A DNA stretch of 63,596 bases, filler included, from Octopus bimaculoides (taxonomy: Eukaryota), in NCBI RefSeq assembly GCF_001194135.2. It is 7 parts of 6 records of this genome, joined end to end, with 100 filler letters (N's around TTAATTAATTAA, not from the genome) between each part and the next. Parts side by side here need not be neighbours in the genome. Positions count along the whole stretch, not along the records: positions 43,573 to 55,507 come from NC_068985.1; positions 55,608 to 60,424 come from NW_026417616.1; positions 60,525 to 61,943 come from NW_026330811.1; positions 62,044 to 63,596 come from NC_068986.1; 3 more parts are not named here. One strand, written 5' to 3'. This document shows positions 52,601 through 63,596 of this stretch, piece after piece (the stretch's first letter is position 1; each line of letters begins with the position of its first letter). The notes beneath the pieces are model-generated. The model had not been told where the DNA came from and made no database searches. It saw nothing but the letters and a program-made list of their open reading frames with translations. A program made the position numbers and the translations under genes.

Positions 52601-54916
52601 GCTGCCCTAAACTCTGTTTAATAATATTTGCTATAAATGCATGTTGGTTGACTTCTCCATTCCGTAGAGAGAGGGTGAAGAGGAAGGCAAAAGTGATAAG
52701 GAATCTGTCAACGTAAGAGATGCAGGATGAGTGTCATTGAACGTTCTGAAATATCTTCATATTTTTTAATGAAATTCAGTTTCGTAAGTTTTCGATGGAG
52801 TAGAATGGGATTATACCGATAGAATTGATAAAAATAACATTATATATTTCTAGCAAATATACAAGTGAGAAATTTGTTTTATTGAATTCTATTTCAAGTG
52901 ACGAAATAATTTTCTTTTGAAAATTAGAATTCATTTCATCGTTTTCTATAAGCAATAAGAAATTTGATAAACTTTCAATTAGAATTATTGAATGTAAACC
53001 ATATTTCTTCCTACAGCATATGTTGGAAAAGTATACATCCTAAGTTACCCGTTGTCATATGATGGATAACTCTTTAGTATTAACTCTAATTGTTGTTTAT
53101 CTTCAAGTCAGCCTTGAATACGTAGATCTATGACGAAGCTATTCGCGCCATGACTATCCCGAGTTTTTACAGAATATATTATCAAATAAGGTTTTTTTTG
53201 TAAGACAACAGTGTTTGCCTTATGAAGGAGATATAACTGTTATAATCTAACAGGTCAAGTAAAGTATTGGGGGGGGGGGAGTTTGTTGCTTTTAATGCAG
53301 CGTCTGCTTAACATATGAACAGATTTAAAGATATTGATGGGTAAATTCTTTTGTATATCTGCTTGCAAAGGGAGAACACTTAACGTCTTCTATTTGACTT
53401 AAATAATGGGGAAGTAAGCAGGAAACAATTGTCCCTTTGCTTAAGGAATACGGTGAAGGTACAAGATGATGTGTCTATATTCACACATTTTTCACGAGAA
53501 TCAAAACCATGTGATGGCAATCTGAATTCAGTCCCTTTACGAAAATCTTATATCTAGCAACCCACTCAGACACGTTAGAACCAAAATCTGTGATTCTATG
53601 AATACATACGCCTTTGAAGTGTTCTGACAAACTGAACAGAGGAGATTTGCAATTCTTCGAAACACGAAAACTGGAGAACGACTTTCCTTTTCAACCAGCT
53701 GGTGTGGGAAGAACAAATAACATAATTAGCAAGATGCCAAAAGGTGGTTCTCCAGCATCGCCTCAGTTAAATGATTGGAACCAAGATGAGAGTCTGAGGC
53801 ATCTGTAGTGCTAAAGGAGTATCTGATTTTAGTTTGATACAAATATTGTGTGTGTCTGTGTGTCGGTGTGTATGTATGTGCGTATGATGTGTATGTTTAA
53901 AAAGAAATACTAAATTCTATGGAATGAAAAACAATGTTATTGTGTGAAGAAAGTGATTTGAATGAAAGAATAACAACGAAAACAACAATATTTCTAGAGA
54001 ACTACAACTGCTTAAAGTCAAAGAATTGCTGTGACGACACAATAGATTTTATGTCGATCCCTACATTAATGCTATAAGTTGATGCTATTTGATGTAACAG
54101 CTTTTGTCTTCAAACATTATTAAAAAAACCACCTGAAAACAACCACATTGTTAAGAAAAAGATAATTCAGTTGAAAAAACAACAACAAAACACAGAAAAC
54201 AAAAGCTATGATAAAGAAAATAAAACAAGCAAAATGTAGGCAACAGTCACACATACAAACAAACAAGCAAATACATATGTGTATGTATATATATAAATAA
54301 ATGCATACATGTATATGTAGAAATGTGTATATATCTATATGAAATGAACATGTATATATATAGAGCGATAGAATTGTTTTATAGATACCTATATATGTAT
54401 ATATTTATATATAAATAAATGCATACATGTATATGTACTAATATATGTATGTATGTATATATANNNNNNNNNNNNNNNNNNNNNNNNNNNNNNNNNNNNN
54501 NNNNNNNNNNNNNNNNNNNNNTATATATATATATATATATATATATATGCGTATGTACGTGTGTATAACAAAACAAAAAGCGAACAAAGTTATCCTGAGC
54601 ACGAGAACAGTTATAAGAACCTATTTTTGTATAATAAAGTTTTGCAGTCGAACCACCAACATTTTTCTCTCTTGTTCACACAGCTATAAAATCCAGAAAG
54701 AGAATTTTTAGCATACAAATATCTCATTAATGGCCATATATCTCCGCTTCATATATCTAGACTTCATATATCTCCATATATCTACATTTCTTCTTGTTTG
54801 CTTTTTAGGAATTTGCGTTACTTTTTCTCATTTTGATCGTTTTGTTATTGTCAGTAATATTATTATAATTATTATTATTATTATTATTATTATTGTTGTT
54901 GTTGTTGTTGTTGTTG

Positions 54917-54948
<32 letters not shown>

Positions 54949-55055
54949 TTCATTATTATTACTATCATTATTTCCATTGCGTTTATTGTTGTTGTTCGTC
55001 TTCTTCTTATTATTATTATTGTCACCCCCCCCCAATCATCATCATCATCATCGTC

Positions 55056-55087
<32 letters not shown>

Positions 55088-55899
55088 TTTCCTGAAGTGA
55101 TCGTGCAAAAGAAGCTCTTCTTCAAATTAACAATGAACGTACTTATAAATTTTATTCATCCCCGTTTTTTTCGTGATATTTTTTGACATTGAGAAACACA
55201 TGAACAAACACATATTTATACATACATACATACATACATACATACATACATGTATAAATATGCATACACATGTATGTGTGTGTGTGTGTGTATGCATGCA
55301 TTACAACATAACTATATACATATGCATGTTTCTATAAAACATTATTTTCGTGTTTGAACATACATATGTGTATTATTGATCTATATGCATGATATATATA
55401 TGTGTGCGTGTGTCTGTCTGTGCTTGTGTGGGTGTGTAAGTGCACGTTTACACATGTGTATTTAGACACACATACATATATATACATACATACATATAAA
55501 TATATATNNNNNNNNNNNNNNNNNNNNNNNNNNNNNNNNNNNNNNNNNNNNTTAATTAATTAANNNNNNNNNNNNNNNNNNNNNNNNNNNNNNNNNNNNN
55601 NNNNNNNATATATACACACACACGTAAATATCGAACAATGAGAATGAGTGTTTAACATTGGTGGATTGAGGCTACTATTGGTTTCATGTTTAGGAAACAA
55701 TTAACAACCTCAAGCCTATCACAGAGAACATCGGTGATCGTCTCCATTTTGGATTAAAACATGAAAGGCGACTTTTAACCCAAAATGGAGGTGAACACCG
55801 ATGTTACATGTGGCAGGAATGAGAACTGTTGATTGCACTTTATATGAAACCAACGGTAGCCTTAACCTTCACTACACACACACACACATAAAAACTGCC

Positions 55900-57110
55900 C
55901 TCACATCCACCCCAAATACTATCCTAAATACAGAGTCCATGGCCCTAATCCTAAATATGGATGCACAAAAGGCAATGGATGCACCTTCTTCCATCCTAAA
56001 CTGTGCCAAACATCTCTGTCAGTAAGGATGTGCTTGAACCCAGAATGCAACCACCACCATCTGAAGGGCACAAAATCGAAAAATAATTATAAATAGCAAC
56101 AGAGACCTACGACAAAAAAATACAACCACATTTTACCTCCTACAACCAAACAAGACAGAACTATGGAAAAACCATAACACCAAATAACATAAATATGAAC
56201 TAAGTATCATCTGACCAAGTGGCAAACTAAAGAGGCAACTCTTTTTTACTAACTTTTCTAGAAAATATGAAGGCCTACCTAAGCCAGGAGACCACTCTGC
56301 AATTTTAATTCCTGGCATATCAAAACCAAACCAGCCAATCCCACTCCACGGTACTTATTTGACAACATAAACTTCCACAAAGCGAACTGGGGAGCATTCA
56401 GAAAGGATTTGTTTTTCATCGACTGGTCCTTCACTCTCAGTTCCACTCACAATGAGACTGCATAGGAACACTTTGAGAACATTGTCACCTATACATGCTC
56501 AAAACACGTCCTGCGAAATTCACTAACACAAACAGAAACCGGCTCCCTAGAAAGAAAGAAAAAACACTCATCAGGCGCATCAAAAAACTAAAAAAAAAAA
56601 AAATCAACTAATTAAAATACTCCCACATACATCTACATTCAACAACAATGAAAAGGCTGGAGTTGTAAAAACTTCATCTGCAGACCGACATGAAAACCTC
56701 CATTGAAAATCAAAAAGCTGCAGAGGAACAGTGGGTAACCAAAAACATCAAACAGTACGCAAAAGTGTTCTATTCTTATGCAAATAAGCATAGAACCGCT
56801 GTCTCACTCATTGGGCCATTGATCGTTGATAACGGCATTCCCCAGCACGATCCTACAGAAATGGCAGAAATACTGCAGAAACAATACTGCTCTGTCTTTT
56901 GTGATCCCACTGATATTGACGTAAGAGAAGCGAACAAAGTTGATTCCCAACATAAAATCTCGGACATAACCTTCACAGCCTCAGACATCATTGCAGCAAT
57001 AAATGAGGTCAAATACTTTTCTGCTGTAGGCCCTGATAGATTCCCCTCTAGTCTCCTGAAGGAATGTTGACACCAACTTGCAGTCCCTCTGACCAACCTC
57101 TTATCGTCAG
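55900..57110 (+). mobile_element. CR1/L2-like LINE fragment (endonuclease end to pre-RT)
   Basis: NFHKANWGAFRKDL, then ORF 56690-57070 KVFYSYANKHR...IGPL..D..EMAEILQKQYCSVF...AVGPDRFPSSLLKEC*HQLAVPL. The element is 3'-truncated. Confidence 0.8.
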
Positions 57111-57207
57111 ATAGATACAAGCCTGTCGTTGCAGTTTATATGCTCACCTCGCGAACTCCTGTCTTCAGATACAGTCCAACTTTGTGCTACCTTGAGCAAG
57201 TGTCTTG

Positions 57208-57338
<131 letters not shown>

Positions 57339-57981
57339 AATTTTGAACAGCATCATCGATGCATCTGTTACCAAGACACCTTACTTTCAATAGTTTATAT
57401 TTAAATGGGTATCATGCGGAAATGTTAAATCTGTTTTCAATTTGATTAATATACGGACTCTTAATTTAACGTACAAGTGTTCATTAATTTTCTGGGTTGG
57501 GTTGAAACACTGATTAGCTAAATATGAAATTGAATTACGTTTCATTCACCGACAGAGACAAAAATGTTGAAAGAAATAAGCTTATCTCTATTGGTATATA
57601 GAATTATTTATTATATTAAGTCGGTGAAGTAACTTATGTCAAAAAAGTCATGATTCGTAGTCATGCTGTCGTTAACGTCAATGTGAATATACTTTCAGTA
57701 GTGCATGAAAAAAATAAACAAAAATCAAAAGATAAAACGTAATTCGGTATTTGAAGTAGTTTAGTGGTCACAGTATGCATTTTTTCTGTCATTAAAGTCG
57801 AATGTGTAGAATCTGAATCTGAATACTGTGTTAATAAATCTGACTTAATATTTGGAAATAACCTCTTTACATCAGCAGCACGTTACACTCAACTTATTGA
57901 TCGACGTACAATATAAAATATAACTTTGCTAGCCACGAACTATATAATGTTAAAATCTCTTTGTTATAGACATGTGATGTA

Positions 57982-59452
57982 TCTATACATATATATAAAA
58001 TTGAGAATGTATGTCTGTGTGTTTGTGTGTGTGTGTCTGTGTGAATCCCTAAAACTCCAGAACTACACAACCAATTTCATTCAAATTTTACACATGCCTT
58101 ACTTAGGGTCACGGTTGTGTTTTAGTAAAAAAAAATTTAACTTCTTGCATACTTCCAGCCCACAGCAACATCATATCTCCTCCGCTATTTAAGTATTACG
58201 TGTCAAAAGTGAAACAAAAACACCCATGTCATTCGAACCGGAATCTCAAAAACATTGTTATTATTAAATTTATGCATTTCTAATCAATTTGGAGATATTT
58301 GCTATCGAGTTGCAGTTTTTTAACAATGCATTTGGTGATTATTTGCTTTATTTGCTTTATTTCTCGGGCAAAGTTTACAACTTAGAATAAAAGAATAAAA
58401 TTATTTCATTCAAAAATTGATGAGCTTTGTTTTTAGTNNNNNNNNNNNNNNNNNNNNNNNNNNNNNNNNNNNNNNNNNNNNNNNNNNNNNNNNNNNNNNN
58501 NNNNNNNNNNNNNNNNNNNNNNNNNNNNNNNNNNNNNNNNNNNNNNNNNNNNNNNNNNNNNNNNNNNNNNNNNNNNNNNNNNNNNNNNNNNNNNNNNNNN
58601 NNNNNNNNNNNNNNNNNNNNNNNNNNNNNNNNNNNNNNNNNNNNNNNNNNNNNNNNNNNNNNNNNNNNNNNNNNNNNNNNNNNNNNNNNNNNNNNNNNNN
58701 NNNNNNNNNNNNNNNNNNNNNNNNNNNNNNNNNNNNNNNNNNNNNNNNNNNNNNNNNNNNNNNNNNNNNNNNNNNNNNNNNNNNNNNNNNNNNNNNNNNN
58801 NNNNNNNNNNNNNNNNNNNNNNNNNNNNNNNNNNNNNNNNNNNNNNNNNNNNNNNNNNNNNNNNNNNNNNNNNNNNNNNNNNNNNNNNNNNNNNNNNNNN
58901 NNNNNNNNNNNNNNNNNNNNNNNNNNNNNNNNNNNNNNNNNNNNNNNNNNNNNNNNNNNNNNNNNNNNNNNNNNNNNNNNNNNNNNNNNNNNNNNNNTAC
59001 AAGTTTAAACAGATGCAATTTCCCATCAAACTCTGCTTTCCCATGATAATCAACAAGGCGCAGGGACAATCAGTGCAAGCGGTTGGTTTGAATCTGACAG
59101 AGCAAGTATTCTCACACGCACAACTGTACGTTGGCTGTCCCCATGGTTTTTCTATTTGTGCACCCGAGGGAAGGACGAAGAATGTTGTCTACCAAGAAGC
59201 ACTCCAATGATAACAACGGCAACTTCAACTGCTCCAATCTCCAATTTCAACTCCGCATTTTTTCATCCTCCTGCCAGCCCACGTAAGTCCAGTCTTGCTT
59301 TGCTCTCCTTACTAACTCACCATGACATTCTTTTTTTTCTACCAAGATCCGTCGCCCAAACACCACTTCGTACCCACTTCTTCCTCTTTTTATGTCTTCG
59401 TTTCTCTCTTCGTGTCGTTCTCTGACCGGGTGAAACCGGGCTTAACTGCTAG
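57982..59452 (+). mobile_element. Helitron deletion derivative with both termini and a PIF1 helicase C-terminus
   Basis: A|TC start (57982). Hairpin ccgg-gtgaaa-ccgg and CTAG|T end (59452). ORF 59013-59210 QFPIKLCFPMIINKAQGQSVQAVGLNLTEQVFSHAQLYVG...TKNVVYQEAL matches RepHel helicase motifs V/VI. The middle is an N gap. Confidence 0.85.
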
Positions 59453-59499
59453 TCAAACTATAAAAGCACTCAGAGAGCGCAGACCTCCACCAAACCAGC

Positions 59500-60780
59500 A
59501 GGAGCAGCACTACAATGACAACAACCACCACTACCACCATATCACAATCATCACCACAACTATCCTACCACTGTCACCACCACCACAACCACCAACATCA
59601 TCAGCAGTATTGTCATTGCTTCCACTTCAACCACATACACCGCCATCAACGTTATCATGATGGTTACATTGACAGTCACTTTCCCCGCCACAACCAGTAT
59701 AACCACTACAATATCACCANNNNNNNNNNACATTGACAGTCACTTTCCCCGCCACAACCAGTATAACCACTACAATATCACCATCACACAACTAACACTA
59801 TCATCAACACCACTATTAACACCATCCCCTCAGCATCACACCACACCTGTCGCCGTTATAACCATCGATACTATTTTCTCCTCCTCCCATACTTATCTTG
59901 ACCGTCGTCATCATCAACACTGTCTCTGCTTTCACCACAATCACCGTCAAAACTACGATCACCACAATCAGTTTCTTTACACAGTTGAAAATCCGTTATC
60001 TGATACTCATGGGACCGAGATTGTTGCAGATTTTTTTTCTAATTTCGGAGTGCTTTATTAAAAATAAATTGCATCTCCAAAATGGAACAGTTTGAGGATA
60101 GAAATCAAGTCTAAACACAATAGCTTATAGACATACTCTGAATGTAGTTCTATGTAAATCTTTAATAATTTTTTTATACTTAAGACCATCAGAAATGTTA
60201 AGATATCAACCTCTACCCACGTTGTCATGCTTTGATTAAAAGGTTACAGCATAGATTAGATTACTTAGATAAGTTTTGACCGAAGTTGACTCAGGCCATG
60301 TTTAATTTAATAGCACCACCTGGAAGAGATACACAGTCAGCTCTGGAGAACCGTAGCCCATTCAAGCAGAGGGTTATTGTTTTCAGAGACATATCTGGGT
60401 GTGAGTGGTTTATCTGGTATTTGTNNNNNNNNNNNNNNNNNNNNNNNNNNNNNNNNNNNNNNNNNNNNTTAATTAATTAANNNNNNNNNNNNNNNNNNNN
60501 NNNNNNNNNNNNNNNNNNNNNNNNCCAGTACCATACTCCCAGCATACCAGCACCAATATAATACTACCATACCATCACCACAATGCTACTAGAAAAGCAC
60601 TCTACCACTACCATGTCACGTATGGGCCAACGCAATAACATTAATATAACCCCACCAAACTTCAACAATACCACCACCACCACCACCACCACCCCGTGCC
60701 ATTTTCATACCACTCACCAGAACACCACTACACTTCCAATTATATCACTCACCGTACTGCTTCCACACCACCGCCATAGG
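59500..60780. repeat. Degenerate (ACC/ATC/ACT)-rich low-complexity region
   Basis: 59500-59960 and 60525-60780 are C/A-rich triplet-periodic sequence. Confidence 0.8.
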
Positions 60781-60981
60781 AAGAACCTGCGCTAAGACTC
60801 GACTTCCCCATGGTATCTATTTGCGGCTAGTTGAAGTGAGCCATTACAACTATCTTCGATGTGTGTGAAGTGACCACACAAGTAGCGTCAATATTCTACT
60901 CTGTTACAGCTGACAGGTCAATATCCTATTCGATTCTTAGATCAACGGCCGCCGGCAGGCACTCTGTTAAACTAATGAATG

Positions 60982-61065
<84 letters not shown>

Positions 61066-61254
61066 CACTCTCTCTCTCTATATATATATGTATATAATCT
61101 TTTTTTCAAAGAAACTTCAATGAATCACCAATTCAAAAGCAAATAGGACATTTAGATAAAAGAAAAATTAAAATGATGTTTTATTCTCTCGCTCTCTCTC
61201 TCTCTCTCTCATATATACACGCACACACGCATACATATATACGTATGCATTGAA

Positions 61255-61600
61255 TGAATATATGCATGTATGTATGTGTGTATGTATGTGTGTGTATGTA
61301 TGTGTATATGTGTGTATGTATGTGTATATGTGTGTATGTATGTATGCGTATATGTATGTGTATATGTACGTGTGTGTTATATATATATATGTGTGTATAT
61401 GTATGTGTATGTATGTGTATGTATGTGTATGTGTGTGGATGTATGTGTATGTATGTATGTGTATGTATGCGTGTATGTATGTGCACATGTGTATGTGACT
61501 TTGTATGCATGTGTGTATGTATGTGCACGTGTGTATGTATGTATGTATGTGTGCGTGTATGCATGTATGTATGTATGTATGTATGTATGTGTGTGCGTAA
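61255..61600. repeat. Degenerate (TATG/TGTA/TG)n tract
   Basis: Read directly. It is the source of the spurious CVYM/THTY ORFs. Confidence 0.95.
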
Positions 61601-61714
61601 TATCAGTATTTCAGTTTAATTTTTGAGGACAAAAACAGAAATGTTTTGATTGTGGAATTCTTGTGGTTCATTGCACTTCGTAGTTTGCCTTCTCTTGTTT
61701 TTTGTGTTTTGCAG

Positions 61715-61874
61715 ATGTATTACAAAAGACAATCCATTCATGAGCAACCCGCCTCATTGTATATCGGGGACTGCAATGTCTGCCGTATGTATAAAGCGGG
61801 GGAATTTGGTCGATATTTCTAGCAGGCCGAGTGTCCGTATAGAGGGCCCCACGTTGGATCTTGTTCTTATTCAT
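61715..61874 (+). CDS. Candidate exon, product uncertain (phase-compatible with exon 25228-25357)
   Basis: Strong polypyrimidine acceptor (ttgccttctcttgttttttgtgttttgcag|), |gtaagt donor, and higher GC than the flanks. 160 nt. The only open frame is phase 2 in: (R)CITKDNPFMSNPPHCISGTAMSAVCIKRGNLVDISSRPSVRIEGPTLDLVLIH. It lacks the canonical Ig Trp and Y-x-C in that frame. Confidence 0.45.
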
Positions 61875-61902
61875 GTAAGTGGTGATGGTGGTGTTGAGTG
61901 TG

Positions 61903-61943
<41 letters not shown>

Positions 61944-62042
61944 NNNNNNNNNNNNNNNNNNNNNNNNNNNNNNNNNNNNNNNNNNNNTTAATTAATTAAN
62001 NNNNNNNNNNNNNNNNNNNNNNNNNNNNNNNNNNNNNNNNNN

Positions 62043-62580
62043 NAGGGAAACCGTCCTGTATGCTATTGTTCAGTGCTCGGAGGCGTCGGACGTGTGGGCT
62101 TATGCTGAACAACTGTTGTCGAGTACAAGAAGAGTACAGCGGTCGTCTGAGTCAATTCTAAAAATTAACCCATCTGCTTCCTTATCGAAAGAAGGTAAGA
62201 ATTATTTTCTCATAGTAGTAGCAATTGCGAAAGAGGTGATATGGAAGACTAGAGTGAAAGGACTGAAGACAGGTAGCTTCATCTCTGGCCCTGCACTGGT
62301 GAATTTTTTCACTTTTCACCTGAAAAGAAAAATAGGGCTGGAGAGAAGATGCCTGTGCGCGAAAATGTTCACTCGTCGATGGATGAATGTAGCACGGAGG
62401 TTGCGAATGAATGTAACCACATGAATACGATAAAAGACTTACCTCCAGGTACCAGTGACGAAACGGGGCTTGTGGGGTTCAAGCTGAACCCGTCTCCCCA
62501 CTCCATTTATATTGTATTAGGTCGTTTTCCTATCATCCGATTTTATATTTATTGTAATTTTTAAACCCATTTTATATGTT
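62043..62580 (+). mobile_element. L1/Tx1-type LINE 3' end
   Basis: ETVLYAIVQC..A..VW (degenerate CCHC knuckle) ...AKEVIWKTR...FHLKRKI.LER..., followed by a T-rich 3'UTR. It starts at a gap. Confidence 0.75.
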
Positions 62581-62744
62581 GTTCTCATTCGTGTGTCTGA
62601 CTCCAAATCAGATTGTGCTGTCCCCTTTATGCTGGCCTCTTGTGGGCAATAAAAAGTCATTTAGCTCACTCCTTCCAACAAATCGACGTTGCTCCAACAG
62701 TTGCACACTGTACCACATGCCAGGTTTAGGTATCGAAGTGATCA

Positions 62745-62865
62745 CAAAGCAACGAGAGATGAAGTGTTTTGCTCAAGAACACAACATGCCATTCCCTTCA
62801 GAAATTAAAACCATCTCGCGATCGTGAGTGCAGCGTCCTAACCACTTGGCAATGACACCCTCTAC
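62745..62865 (-). mobile_element. SINE family C, head
   Basis: gaagtgttttgctcaagaacacaac...cctaaccact. Confidence 0.7.
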
Positions 62866-63074
62866 ACACACATAATAATGCATATTTAAAGTGCCTCCTC
62901 TCAACCCACTTTAGCTATGCTATTGCATTATCCTAATGGTTATAATTATAGTAATGATTATTTCTATAAACCACAGCTCTTCGTAAAGCCGGTGCTTGCC
63001 TTCACATTCTGTAGTGGCAAGAATTACTCTCCTCCTACAGACTTCATAAACCTTCGTAGTAGTACATTCTTTCT

Positions 63075-63270
63075 AGTTGTGTAAATAATTCTAAGGTTGG
63101 TAGAAGGCTAGCAGTTTTGAAGGGATCAAGGAATTCGATTACATCGACCTCGAAAAGATAAATAACAAAGTCGACCTCAGCGGAATTTGAACTCAGAATC
63201 TAATGAGTCGGAAGAAACACCTCAAAGCATTGTTTCTGATGCTCTAACAATTTTGTCAGTTCGCTGCTTT
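63075..63270 (-). mobile_element. SINE family B, diverged
   Basis: aaagtcgacctcagcggaatttgaactcagaa. Confidence 0.75.
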
Positions 63271-63276
63271 AACTAA

Positions 63277-63390
63277 CTCTTTTACTTGTTTCAGTCATTT
63301 GACTGTGGCCATGCTGGAGCACCGCCTTTAGTCGAGCAAATCGACCCCACGACTTATTCTTTGTAAGCCTAGTACTTATTCTATCGGTCA
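63277..63390 (-). mobile_element. SINE family A, 3' tail
   Basis: cttttacttgtttcagtcatttgactg... Confidence 0.8.
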
Positions 63391-63419
63391 TATAATGTGT
63401 TATAACGAAAGAGTACAAC

Positions 63420-63567
63420 AGGGGTCACCACCAGCCCCTGCCGGAGCCTCGTGGAGCTTTAGGTGTTTTTCGTTCAATAAATACACACAACGCCCGGTCT
63501 AGGAATCGAAACCGCGATCCTCCGACCGCGAGTCCGCTGCCCTAACCACTGGGCCATTGCGCCTCCA
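63420..63567 (-). mobile_element. SINE family C (variant head), young
   Basis: Minus strand ggaggcgcaatggcccagtggttagggcagcgg...gcggtttcgattcc is a clean tRNA-like head. Confidence 0.85.
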
Positions 63568-63596
63568 GAAGTAAATAATTCTCTCAAATTTTGGCA

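Noticed and set aside
59665-59785. ~55-bp exact duplication
   Set aside because: The copies sit on either side of a 10-N gap. This is a typical unmerged contig overlap.
61168-61626. His/Thr/Tyr-, Cys/Val-, poly-Ser/Asp/Asn/Leu ORFs (also 47101, 48947, 54730, 57107)
   Set aside because: These are translations of microsatellites.
63490-63567. Functional tRNA gene
   Set aside because: The tRNA-like head continues straight into the family C SINE body, and no acceptor stem is closed.

Overview
AT-rich, microsatellite-dense, gap-ridden eukaryotic scaffold. It is most likely Octopus, judged from the SINE families and the simple-repeat load (inference, no search run). Most of the window is intron of a + strand PTK7/off-track-like Ig-superfamily receptor gene. 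Two exons are well supported (20657-20787 and 25228-25357). They splice in phase to give ...RYYVFSNGSLFFPSVQPEDKGIYRCEGISAHHPKQVFTAELEMA-Y-LGDFTPDLFEPRLITDFPMVIPVHSKFEVKVYPATGKPKPTYR. A third, anomalous candidate exon lies about 36 kb further on (61715-61874). The ORF track misses the first two exons; most of its long ORFs are N-gap or microsatellite artefacts. The introns hold three tRNA-derived SINE families (about 30 copies) and decayed autonomous elements: RTE, R4/Dong-type RLE (three copies), CR1/L2-like and L1/Tx1 LINEs, a Gypsy provirus, Tc1/mariner relics and two Helitrons. No element is intact. The most interesting observations are: an Ig domain that lacks its canonical B-strand Cys, with an oddly framed partner exon; a stop-free 261-nt two-exon module; head-to-tail RLE retrotransposons embedded in (CATA)n; a perfect outward-facing telomeric palindrome; a TAATCC-containing repeat-spacer array; and several fold-back structures that could form dsRNA in the pre-mRNA. 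I found no evidence for a complete novel multi-gene system.
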